Source of the DNA: Balanoglossus misakiensis
Taxonomy: Eukaryota; Animalia; Hemichordata
DNA length: 64,000 bases
Reading direction: 5' to 3'
Assembly: GCA_040954595.2 (NCBI GenBank)
Contig: CM082584.2
Span: 11,126,552-11,190,551 of the forward strand
Both the position numbers and the translations under genes were made by a program. This document shows positions 1 to 11,598 of this stretch, piece after piece (within the stretch, counting starts at the first letter, position 1; every line of letters starts with the position of its first letter). The notes under the pieces were generated by a model. That model was not told where the DNA came from. It made no database searches and was given only the letters and a program-made list of their open reading frames with translations.

Positions 1-85
1 GTAAAAAAATCTAAGGTGTACACCGTCTCAAAAATACCAATGTTTCCAGTTCACTTTACTAACGCTTTGTATTTCTACCTGACAG

Positions 86-603
86 CCGACCAAACTGTCC
101 TTTGCCGAGTTCAATGAACTCTTGAAGAGTGCTCACAGCACACCACTGACGAACATTGACGGCCAGCTAGCACCTTTACTCACCATGCCCGATAGCTGGT
201 ACGAGAGACTGATGCAGGTGTTACAGACCAAGTTTTCGGAGACAAGTCGTCTCTTCACATCCCCCGACGCATCTGTGAAATATCTGGCCATTCTCAACCC
301 CCACTTCCTGGACATGATGATGCTGCTCTCCGTGGATAACCAGTCGAAGAAAACTGTAAGTGTTTCCATATTGTGCACGAACAGGTGGTCATTATCAGAC
401 AATTTTGCTAGCCGTGAAACCAGATGTTGTTCATATTGCTTAACAGAAGGAGTGCTTTCCATCTCTTTCAGGATTTGTGTGCTGTTTATAGAGAACCAAT
501 GAAAGAGCCAGATCACCCGGATAAGATAATGATGGCCATTCATGACCATGTCGAGGATGTTGTCAACGTAGCATGCTATCATATGTGGGCTTGTATCGTT
601 TAA
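86..603 (+). CDS. SZT2: KICSTOR subunit SZT2, last two coding exons (gene begins upstream of the window)
   Basis: Exons 86-355 and 472-603 joined by a GT-AG intron give ...LLKSAHSTPLTNIDGQLAPLLTMPDSWYERLMQVLQTKF...SPDASVKYLAILN...KT|DLCAVYREP...HDHVEDVVNVACYHMWACIV*. This matches the vertebrate SZT2 C-terminus as I recall it (SWYQSLIKVLL...VVFREP...HHLESVINTACFTLWTRLL). AATAAA at ~1471. Confidence 0.85.
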
Positions 604-1709
604 GAGATGTAGAAAAAAATCCAGGCGTCGGCACAGGTTCACACATGTTCACACACCAAATTCTTCGCACATCCTGTGGAGAGACCTGTTTCACCAACAG
701 GGCAATGTTGGCCAGAGTTTTTCACAGAGTAAAAAAATAATTTGGGCTTCCACATACTGGAATGTCGACTGTGCAATACTGAGTTATTAAAAAGTTGCGC
801 AGGAAAGTTAAATTTCCCCGGTCGAATTTTACCAATTTGAAAGGATTAATACTCGTTTCAAGAGCTGAAAAACATAGTTATGAGCTATACAGTACAGCAA
901 TATGTAGTCTACTAGTGTACAAGTCATTTACAAAGTGACAGAGAGAGAGAGTGTAGGTGCTGTAGTTGATTGTCTCTTTCTGAGGAAAACTCGAGAGGTT
1001 GTGATATGAAGAAAATGGCCATTTGTCAGTATTTTCATGGTGGATTTTGCAGTTACTTTATTCGGAGGAATCTTTGCTAAATAATGAGAGCCAACGTACT
1101 AAAACTTCTGATGATGATTGTTGTTGTTGTTTGTTGTTGGGTGTGATGCATTTTTTTGGTGCTTACATGCCTTGCGAGGTGATTAAATTACAGAAACAAC
1201 GTGTTCTATTTCTTCCAGCAAAAAGACTTTTTCGGGCAGTGCCAAATGGTATAGACAGTATTTTTATGCTATGAACAAATGTACATGTGGCAAGAAAAGT
1301 AATTGTCATGTTATGTTCACAGACAAAAGAAAAGGATGACTGGTATTTAATTGCTAAGTTTTGAATGTAGTCTTTTTGTGTTAACTTCTAACAGTTTTGG
1401 TATTAATCATGCAAGTTCTACTGGATGTGATATGTAAATTTGTTGGGAGTGTAAAAATGTACATGATCGAGAATAAAAAAACTTAATTTGTACAGGTTTT
1501 CTTCTCGTAAACTGTATAGCATTTAGTAGAGTTTTCAAAACTGACATGATGTGAGGTATATACACAACAAATGGCAAAGTTTTTCGTTTTTCTACTCAAA
1601 AAGGGTCGTTTCTAAATTAATCTTTAATAATAAAAGAAAAACGAAAATCGTATCACGAAAATGACTTGCAAGCTTGCGCCCTCTCAGCTCAGATTCTTAT
1701 GCGTGAGGA

Positions 1710-1722
1710 TGACCCTTGACCT
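1710..1722 (-). promoter_or_regulatory. DR1 nuclear-receptor element (AGGTCA-A-GGGTCA) upstream of lipase gene 1
   Basis: tgacccttgacct about 140 bp upstream of the ATG at 1859; near-perfect DR1 consensus (HNF4/COUP/PPAR-RXR type). Confidence 0.4.
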
Positions 1723-1858
1723 CATACACAGCTGAAGGGTTCCCTGAGAAGTTCAGTGAACTTTCCGAAGGACTCTGATCTGAATTTGTCTCGTTATCAC
1801 CGAGGATTGTGATCAATGTCACATTGAGAAATCATAACGTTAGTGTGGCACAGCTAAA

Positions 1859-3638
1859 ATGGGTAAAATATTGAAAGGGATCGCTATTTCGGTGGTTGTA
1901 ATCGCGTTCTTTCTGTACACACCGTGTCCCTACGGGATAGCCGAGCCCGGAAGACTGACAGCGCTAAATGCCCTCGCAAGGACGGCTAGGTTCACAGTAA
2001 GTCGAACTACAGCGTGTTACCAGTTTGATGCTTTAATTAATGTATCTGTTAGGTCAATGACAATAATCACACGTAACCTGGACTACCCTCCATCCAACAA
2101 CGTGTGACACTCAGACATGCTGTCTCTCTCATGCCTGATCGAAAGTAGTGACACCAATGCGCATGCTCCGTCATCTGTCTTAAACTAATCCTTATACAAT
2201 TTCGCATTTTAAAACAGGGAGTTGTTCTACAGTACCTTGGTATCGCCGAAGACTATAAAGTTCAGAGACAGTTCTTAGACAAAGCCTCAGAGTTTTCAAG
2301 AAAATATCAGCCAGAGAGGCCAGAGCTTAACATCACTGATGCCAAAATTGATGGTGTCAAAGTTCGGGTGTACCAGCCTTTGGAAAGGGAGCTTGAGAAA
2401 CTACCTGCAGTGATATTTTTTCATGGTGGTGGCTGGACTGTAATGAGTGTAGGTGTGTATTGTTGCCAGGCATTCTTTTGAAACATGTATTTGGATACTA
2501 TTATTATGCCAATTTTGGTCAAAAAATCATCTCGGCCATTGCTCATCTGATTTCTTGATAATTATTATCTATGGCAGCCTATTCTCAAGAAGTATCATGT
2601 ATAATTCAACTTTCGGAAAAAAATGAGTCATGTAAATGTGTTTGTTTTATTTTCTTCAGAGGTTTATGATGATGTCACATCAGAATTGGCCAGCCTTCTT
2701 GGGCAGATTGTTCTTGTATCTGTGGAGTAAGTAATTATTTTATATCATATTTAAACCTACAGTCATCCTCGAAGATTTGCTGCTGCTGTTTGTGGTGGAT
2801 AGTAATTCATTAATGTTCATTTATGGCATTCTTAATCTGTTACAGTTACAGTCTTGCCCCAGAACATCCATTCCCCGAGCCGATGGATGAATGTTACCGT
2901 GTCACCAAGTGGTTTCTCCAGAACGCAGATGAATACGGAGTGGATGCCGACAGGATAGCTGTTGCAGGAGACAGTGCTGGAGGCAACCTGGCTGCATCCG
3001 TAGCCTTGCAGCTGAAATACAACAAGGTTTCCCCGCAGTTGAAACTGCAGGTGCTTATCTACCCCCTCTTGCAGCCGCTGGACTTCGCGCTGCCGTCCTA
3101 CCAGCAGAACTACTACGCGTTCGACGGCCTGGTCAACTCGTACCTCGTGACAAAGTACTGGCTGTGGTACGCCATCGGTGAAGCCCCGCGGAATCTGACC
3201 GACGCCTTGTACTATGGCCACATGCTGAGGAGGGTGAAGAATTCCAGCCACAGCCGACTGACCAGGTACATCCACCACGGCCTGCTGCCGGAAAAAGTGA
3301 AAGAAGGCTTCACGCCAAGAACAGACGTTAAAGCAAACGTCGATTACATTCCAGACAATTTACTCCGAATTTTCCTTCACCCGTTCTTTGCGCCACTACT
3401 AGCAGACGATCTGTCTGGATTACCGCAAGCCTACGTCTTAACAGCCCAGTTTGATGTTCTTCGGGATGATGGCATCCTATACGCAAAGAGACTTAAAAAG
3501 GCCGGTGTTCCGGTCACGTTCAACAACGTTGCAGACGGCTTCCATGGGATGTTAAATCTAGGATTTCAAGCTGATGGTTTTGAAATTGGTAAAAGAGTCA
3601 GAAGAGATTTGGCAGATGCTATCAGAAGTAAACTCTAG
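1859..3638 (+). CDS. Arylacetamide deacetylase / neutral cholesterol ester hydrolase (AADAC/NCEH1)-like lipase, copy 1
   Basis: Four exons (1859-1996, 2218-~2452, ~2660-2727, ~2846-3638), GT-AG. N-terminal membrane anchor, HGGGW oxyanion motif, GDSAG nucleophile, D(V)LRDDG and GFHG catalytic Asp/His motifs of the HSL family. Confidence 0.92.
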
Positions 3639-4112
3639 CTCCTCTTTCACAAATTTTAAAAAACTGATACCAGTTCTTCTGTAGATTTTGTGGTGGGGTA
3701 GACATGTTATAAAAACGTCTTTTACACGCGGCTGTTGCTCCCGTGAATGTAGGTCATAATGACCATGTAAGCATAGGAAAATCTTGCAGCATAAGGTGGA
3801 AGTTTTTAATAAAACGAATGTAGAAATATATTTATAATGGTCCTTTTCTATAGACAGCGCCCTCAGTGTCCGCAGCTCTCGATCTGCCCGACTTGGCTAC
3901 ATCATCACCCTGACTCGAAGGTACAAGATCTGTTCAAACATAGACAGTATATGGTTCAAAGTACCGGCGATGACGACACAGTTACCCCAGTCAATATTTA
4001 AACAAAGGTCATCCACAAAAGTTGATAAAGTACCAGCCCTTTATACAGAACACGCGTATAGACAGTGCAACGTTACAGGGCCACTGGTTTCAATACTTAA
4101 ACCTTCATAAAC

Positions 4113-6023
4113 ATGGGATTTCTATGGAATATAACATGGAAGTCTGCCCTTGTGCTGACCATATACTATTTCTACACACCGATGCCAGAAGGTATTTCAA
4201 ACCCGATGAGGTTGACTATGTTGAGTGCAGCCGCACGGACGGGAACGCACTTGGTAAGTACTAAGTGTGCACCCATACTTATCAAGGCCATACCGGCGAG
4301 GCTGAGTTTGATCACGGGAAATGTAATTTAACATAGGATATATTGTGCGTTATTTCAACGAATTGTAGGAATTTCCTATTATATAATTTCTTCCTAACTG
4401 GACTTGGTGATATTTCACGTCCGTGCATTGTCTGGACTCGTTAGGCAGAGGATAGGGTTAATGTTTGAAAGAGATTGGCCCGGTGGATGATTTAAATTTT
4501 CTACAAACTTCTTGCTTTCCGTCAGCAAAGAGATCTGTTTACCGGCTACTTTATAGAGGTATTTTTTTCTTTTGCCAAAGCATCCTTAAAACATTTCTCC
4601 TTTTATTGCATTCGTGCTTTAGGGGGAATTAGTTTCTTATTTTGGGTGGACAACAGAACTCCAATCGAGGAGATATCTATTGGAAATGTCGCATCCTAGG
4701 AAAAAAGATTCCGGCAATATCAGATCGTATGACACGAAGATATCTGACGTACCTGTCCGCGTTTATGAACCAATCGAGAAGACGGCCGAGTTTCTACCAG
4801 CGATTATCTATTTCCACGGTGGCGGCTTTGTGCTAGGAAGTATTGGTGAGACATGACATCTTTTTTAAGACTCTAAATGTTTGCTATACTGACACAAAAA
4901 TCTGTGTTTCTTCCATCCCTAATTACATTGAAACTACTCTCATTTATCTTGATATCTAGATACATATGATGAAACGACACGAAGCATAGCGACAGCGTTG
5001 GACATCAAGGTGATTTCTGTCGAGTAAGTGAGTGTACATTGAAAATCGGCCGGGTTAAAACTTATCATATTGCCCACGTGTTTGCGTTCTCAATTTTCTG
5101 GACATGAGCATATCACGCTTGCTCGACCCGAAATGTTGGTATCGGGTTAGTGCGTGGTTCTGTAATGATACATGTGACTTTGATAAATCGGTATGTCCTT
5201 CTGTCGTTTCTGTAGGTACCGCCTCGCCCCCGAGCACCCGTTTCCAATCCCGCTTCAAGACTGTTTTGAAGTTACCAAGACAATTTTGCAAAACGCCGAA
5301 GAATACGACATCGACGTTGACAAAGTCGCCATCGCTGGTGACAGCGCCGGTGGGAATCTGGCTGCCGCCGTAGCTCAGAGATTGAAGCTGGTTTCGCGAG
5401 AAGAGAAGATACCGGCTTTGAAGTTCCAGGCTTTGATTTACCCGTCATTACAGGCACTGAATTTCAATTTGCCTTCGTTTCTGCAGAATATAATGGTGTT
5501 GCAAGGTGTCTTCGATCGGGAGAGATCGGTAGGCTTCCGCCTTCGGTATGCATTCGGCGACCGTGACGAAGTGGACCCGGAACTGGTGGAGCTTATCATC
5601 GGAGGCGAACTCTTCAGGAAGGTGGAGAAATCGAACAAGACGCACCTGGCATCTTACGTCGACGAATCCAACATCCCGAGCAGGTTCAAAAAACGAGAGA
5701 GTCACAGGAACGCCTCGTACAGCGAAGGCCACCCCGTTCCGCAGAAACTGGTGAAAACTTTCACAAATCCGTCTTTCATGCCGCTGATGAGACAAGACCT
5801 GCGCGGATTGGCCGACACGTATATCTTAACAGCGGAATTCGACATCTTGAGGGACGACGGGATCCTTTACGCCAATCGACTGAAAGAAGCGGGCGTGGAG
5901 GTCACGTGGGACCACATAGAGTCCGGTTTCCATGGCATGTTCAGTCTTGGGGAATCTTACGACGCCGGCAAAGAATCCCGTTCAAAGTTCTTTGACTACG
6001 CAAGAAGTAAATTCGCACAGTGA
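4113..6023 (+). CDS. AADAC/NCEH1-like lipase, copy 2
   Basis: Exons 4113-4253, 4623-~4845, ~4960-5023, ~5216-6023; HGGGF, YRLAPEHPFP, GDSAGG, DILRDDG, GFHG. Confidence 0.92.
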
Positions 6024-6555
6024 AAATTGTGACACGTTTTATGCGATCCACGGGTCGTATTTAAGAATAAGCGACTCGATATTTTTTTTACACCACACAC
6101 TTAGCCAATATAGAACCTTCAGGACAATCTCAAAAATTGATCCTGCCCACAGATAACTGTTGTGTGTATTTTTTTCCTTTGTGTGTAATAAATTAACAAA
6201 GCTGCATGACCGCGCACGAATAATATGGGTAAACCCTAGAATATTCACTATTCTTGGAAAGGTATTGAAAATAGGGCGTGGTGTACATGGCAACAGTACA
6301 AAGAAGTACAAATAAAAAGTGACCCATGTGCGGTTATTAATAAGCACCGGATTGGCTTCAATTTTGTCAAATCAGAGTGTTTATCGACTAAATTTAAATT
6401 TTAGATCTGTGTGCTGAGGCAAGCACACATTTTAAGCACACATAGAGGGCGCTTTTTCTCCAACAACCTGTTTGATTTACCTGGGGTCACGCTTAGGACT
6501 TCGACCACAATCACTAAACCGGCCACACGTGTGCGGCGGCGAATGTTTTGGGAAG

Positions 6556-8708
6556 ATGGGACGCAAGTTGATCATCTTCGGAGTTTTCGCAGCAGTTTTT
6601 GCGTATGCCCTCTACTCGCCGATGCCCGATGGAATTGCGGAGCCACACAAACTGCGATTGGCAGACGGCGCGCTTCGAATACAACATTTTCTGGTAAGTA
6701 ACTTAATATACTGGCTTCTATACTACAGTTGTAATATGTAACCTGCAGTCGTCGCGTACTAGTTTGATATAACTTAAACCACTACACTCAAGAACTTGCC
6801 AGTTTTAAATATCTGGAGGGATTAAGTGATGGTACCGACCACTTTCGTCTACCACTTTATTCTGTACACATGAATATGGTCACATTTTGTGTAATGCCAA
6901 TATCACGAAACTAGCCTCTTTGTGTGGTATGCACCGTCATGACACTGGCACGCAAGCAATGGGGATCGTCCGGTTAATGAATAACGTTATAGTTAATGAC
7001 TGATGGAAAGTGGGACTCACGTGTTCGAGGCTGGCCGTATTCAACACCTGTGCGTGACCCTAGACTGGAAGACCCGGGCAGGCTGGACCCGGGGGGGGGG
7101 GGGGGGAGAACGCCTCCAGCGACTGGTCTTCCAGTCTAGCGTAACCCATGCTAGACCCCTTTCGCGTTTTCGTCGAAAATAGTCCGCTCGCATATGGAAT
7201 TCCACCACTCGATATTGCTATTAAATCACAAAACATGCATATTTGGACTGTCCTAGTAGAATGTAATTGATTTAATTTATTATCTCTAATTTTCGTCTTT
7301 CAGGCCCAAATTGTGGTCTATCTTGGCTACAGAAGCGAGCCGGAAATGTTGCGTGCAGTCCTAGAGAGCCCTATTCTCGGTTTACAAGAGGTACCGAAAA
7401 CAATGAAGGCCTATTTCACTAGAATGGACGGAGTTCGGGTTCGTGTGTACGAGCCGGTGAAAAGAAAACAGGACTTCCTACCGGCGCTGATGTATTTCCA
7501 TGGCGGTGGTTTCATGGCAGGGACTTTAGGTGAGGATAGGGTCGCTTAGCAACGCTTTCTTTTTCAAACCATTGTTGTCTGACATATGAGCTGCGTGAAT
7601 ACATGTATAAGTCTAAGAGGCGTATTACTTTTAATGTTAACAGAAATGTATGATGAAACAGTTATGGACTTGGCCAGAAAACTGAAAACCGTAGTTGTTT
7701 CCGTCGAGTAAGTACCATTTAGTGCGTTTATATGAGACCAGAGACGGGGAACGTCTTATTTCTATGTCTTAATAGTGCTCTTTGGTTAGCTGGAGTTGAT
7801 TCCCGAATTGCACCACGGATTTTATCAAGCCAAAATGTGATAGATAGCAGGTTTCATTTTGAAATATATTTACTTCATGCTAACTTAATATATTTAATAT
7901 TTCCAGTTATCGGAGGACACCTGAACACAAATTCCCCGCTGCTTTCAAGGACTGTTCCCGTGCCACCAGGTACCTGATCAACAACTCTGAGAAGTTCAAT
8001 GTTGATCCCTTCAGCGTTGCCGTGGCCGGGGACAGTGCAGGCGGGAATCTCGCGGCAGCCGTGGCGCTCAAGCTGTCGAAGGACGGTAATTTGCCGGCGC
8101 TGAAATTCCAAGCGTTGATCTATCCAGCGTTGCAAGGGGTAGACCTGACGTTACCGTCTTATCTCGACAACGAGAAGGCGACGCCGGGAATCCTGGCCTA
8201 TCGACGCCAGATCGCTTGGTACCTCTCGAACTACGCGCTCGGAAACGACTCGGCGACGGAGGCTATCCTGGACGGCAGGGCGTACAGCCGCGTGCAGCGG
8301 TCGGAGAAGTCCTACATGCTAGACCACCTGGAGCACGAAAACATACCTTCCATGTTCAGAAGGGTGGACCACAAGCCGCCACCGAGGAGAAACGACACAG
8401 ACATTGCAGACCAACTGTACAAAGTTCTCACGAACCCGAGTTTCTCCCCTCTGATGGCAGAGGACCACGAGCTGCAGCAGGTGCCGCCGGCCTACATCCT
8501 GACGGCCGGCTTCGACATGTTACGGGACGACGGGATCCTGTACTTGCAAAGACTGGAGGAAAATAACGTCACTGTAAAATGGGAACATTTCCACGACGGT
8601 TTCCATGGCATGTTCACTTTAGGCGGAGGACCAATCACTTTCGAAGTGGGAAGGCATGCCAGGAAAAGCTTGGTAGAATATGCAAGACATATGTTTAAAT
8701 ATGTATGA
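6556..8708 (+). CDS. AADAC/NCEH1-like lipase, copy 3
   Basis: Exons 6556-~6693, 7304-~7529, ~7644-7707, ~7907-8708; HGGGF, GDSAGG, DMLRDDG, GFHG; same intron positions as copies 1 and 2. Confidence 0.92.
7061..7138. mobile_element. Tiny MITE-like insertion in intron 1 of lipase copy 3
   Basis: Perfect 14-bp terminal inverted repeats tagactggaagacc / ggtcttccagtcta, a poly-G core, and a flanking 9-bp direct repeat gcgtgaccc / gcgtaaccc (1 mismatch). Confidence 0.65.
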
Positions 8709-9545
8709 CGTTCATGACTTGTCTTTGTTTTCCTTTATATTTCGTTTGCACTTTTATAATTTTTATTTCAGTCTGTCGTATCGTGCATTCAACAACTTGA
8801 CTTTGTTTTTTTTAAAGGAAAAATATGAAATTAGAAGCGTAGACCCTTTCTTAAGAGTCTATGTGTAGAAGTAGCATTGTCTGTGGTAATGAAGATTGCA
8901 AATTTTAAAAAGAATCGCCATCTTTGCTGTCAGTGTTTTTAAATTTTGACTGTTTGAATTTCTATGAAGACTTTCCCGAAGAAGAAAACCACGAGAGCGT
9001 GAGATATTTCGAGAGTGGCGCTTACACTGCCAAAAGACTTCGGGCATTTACGAACTGATTGGTATGCTGTGGTTGGCTTCCATCACACGAGCGAACATAA
9101 ATTGGTGTCACAATTTAACTCCCATTTGATAATGTTTCTTCTGTTTTCCACAGTCCTCCATAAGTAGTTACCTTGTTTTTTGCGTTGTTTTTATTTTAGT
9201 TTTGACCCTCGTCTAGTTCCATTTATTTACCTTAGTTACCTTCACGTGATCATGTCTATGGCGTCGTGGCAGTCAATCCCCTTACGCGACACACTACTGA
9301 CTGGCCGTTGCCATGGCACAGGCGTTGCTCATTAATGCTAAATATTTCCCAACTATGAGCAAATCACTTAATATCGATGACTGTACTGAGAGGTATTTAA
9401 CAATGGTATGATTATATTAAATTGCTAATTTGCATATATAACAAACCGTTTAATATCTACAAATAATAAATGACACTCCATGGCCAGTCCGACACGGGTT
9501 TTGGTATTGTCACTACTGTCTCACTTATTCTTAATAGCATTTTTC

Positions 9546-10454
9546 TCATCTTGCAGCTGCAGTCTTATTAATTATGTCAACAAGAATACGTAACAATGAC
9601 TGAATTCGCGCGCTGTTTATGAACTGGCGTATCTCTTGCCACCATGTTCTTTTTGTTACTGTAAATACCACCTTTCCTTCTTCGTCGTGGTGAATTAACA
9701 TATGGTTGTCTTGTTTACCACAGACTAACACGATTTTATCGGCTGACTTTAGGATGATTGTAAGTTTGGCACTTTCCCATAAACCATAGTTTTCTGGAGA
9801 AGACACTTGGGTTATTGCGTTCCTGAAGAGTTGCATGTCGTCTTCTGTGTACAATAAATTCATTTCCCGTTGGATGTTGGTTATATCTGAATGCGTGATT
9901 GCGGGGCCTTCACAAGTCTTTTCGGTGTCTCGGCAGGGTGTTTTGGTTACTTGACATTCAACTTTACCGTTTTCGTCGTGGTGGATACACATGTGGTAAC
10001 CATTGCTTTCATTTCCAGACGCTATCACGATCTCAACGGCTGACTTTAGCAAGATTGTCAATTTGGCATTTTCCCAGTAACATATATTCCTTGGAGATGA
10101 CACCTGGGTTATTGCGTTACTGAACAGTTGTTTGTCTTCTGCACCCATCAGGTGCGACATTTCCCGTTGGATGTGGGCTATACACGAAGGCGTGATTGGA
10201 CCTTCTTCACACTTCCAATGATAGCTGCCTACCCACTTTCCCGTGAGGGGCGGCGGCGATACATCATGTGTACATAGTACCTCTGCTTTAGTAGATTTTT
10301 GTGATGTGATCTCATCACCCATCCCCTGTTTGGAAGTAACCCTTTCATTTTTCTGCATGTTTTTCTGAAGGTCTTTTATGTTAATTCCAATTAATATTGC
10401 TCCTTTTCTCACCACGTTCCACTGGTGGCGAAACATTATATAAGATGGCTTGAT
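9546..10454 (-). CDS. Uncharacterized protein with two tandem ~95-100 aa repeats
   Basis: ~900-nt stop-free ORF with a splice acceptor at 10455 and first ATG at 10436. Repeat 1 EGPITPSCIAHIQREM...QLFSNAITQVSSP...WENAKLTILLKSA...IHHDENGKV...VTK; repeat 2 EGPAITHSDITNIQREM...QLFRNAITQVSSP...WESAKLTIILKSA...IHHDEEGKV...VTK. Candidate upstream donors at ~11065 and ~11356. Confidence 0.65.
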   Translation of the reverse strand: MKPSYIMFRHQWNVVRKGAILIGINIKDLQKNMQKNERVTSKQGMGDEITSQKSTKAEVLCTHDVSPPPLTGKWVGSYHWKCEEGPITPSCIAHIQREMSHLMGAEDKQLFSNAITQVSSPRNICYWENAKLTILLKSAVEIVIASGNESNGYHMCIHHDENGKVECQVTKTPCRDTEKTCEGPAITHSDITNIQREMNLLYTEDDMQLFRNAITQVSSPENYGLWESAKLTIILKSADKIVLVCGKQDNHMLIHHDEEGKVVFTVTKRTWWQEIRQFINSARIQSLLRILVDIINKTAAAR

Positions 10455-11539
10455 CTGCAAAATTAATGTACAAACAAGCTACAATATTGCGACTATCTTG
10501 ATATTATGGTTTCAGTTCGGAATATTTTGGGATCCGGTCCTTGAATGAAAACTTCTGAGTTAAATGCCTTTGATAATATTATGCGTGATTGTTTGATAAG
10601 ATCTTGACAGATTTCGATAAATTGTTGACGGCCATTGTAAACTGTGTTTATTTAAGGCATCTGACGCCTCACACTGACACGGTAAACTGACGGATCTTGT
10701 CTCTACCATGGTGTATAAGGTATGTAGTTGGTGGGATACTGGACATTGTCGAAATGAAACGAAAATGAAAGAAGCTTTATTGTTCTGGACATTTACAGTA
10801 ATGTATAAAAGTGAACGGTTAACTGACCCACTGGGGGCAAATTTACCAACATTTTTTTCGATTTGAAATGCAAAAATCATGGAATAGAGGAATTGACAAT
10901 TGTGGAAACCCACATACTGTTACAGTAGAACTACAAAGAAAAAAGGGGCAAAGTTTCATTATATCGATATTTTCTTTAAAATTTTAAGCTCTGTGAAATA
11001 ACATGCTCTGTTGAATGTGTTGTGTCACATCAAAGATGTGAACCCCTTCAACAGAATCAGCTTACCTGCCCAAATGAACCGCTAAGAAAATTTATTCACA
11101 TAGGCTATATACAGTTCTTGCTCACTTGGCTCGGCCAGGTCCTCTGAAGTCTATGTGAAACGCAGCATACCTAACAGTTCCGGGTTGACAAATGGTTGAG
11201 TGATGAGTAGGTGATTGGTTGACTGGACCATTTGATTGATAGTTAAGGTAGGCACCCCCGAATGACTAATATCCGATCAGAAAAAATTATGCGCAGGCCT
11301 ATAAGACGCTACTTTGATAAAAAAAAAAAAAAAAAACTTGTGAAAACTTGTATTACCTGCCCGAAAGACGCGTCGAAAACTGATCATACAGATTTAGAAT
11401 GGTGCAATTCATAACTTTTATGTGCATGTATATGCATTTAATGTAATTATGGGCCGTTGTGTGATAAACATGACTGTATTTCCCTTTAAATATTATTAGG
11501 CTCACGTATCATTCGCGTGTTGGAAATAAACAGAAGACC

Positions 11540-11598
11540 ATTCACAATCTCGCGTCAATGTGCGAGAGTTTGCGAGGACCGGCCCAAGATGGCTGCCA
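11540..11598 (+). promoter_or_regulatory. RICTOR core promoter / start region
   Basis: CpG-rich stretch with tctcgcg...gcgaga and a YY1-like CAAGATGGC motif overlapping the start codon. Confidence 0.4.
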
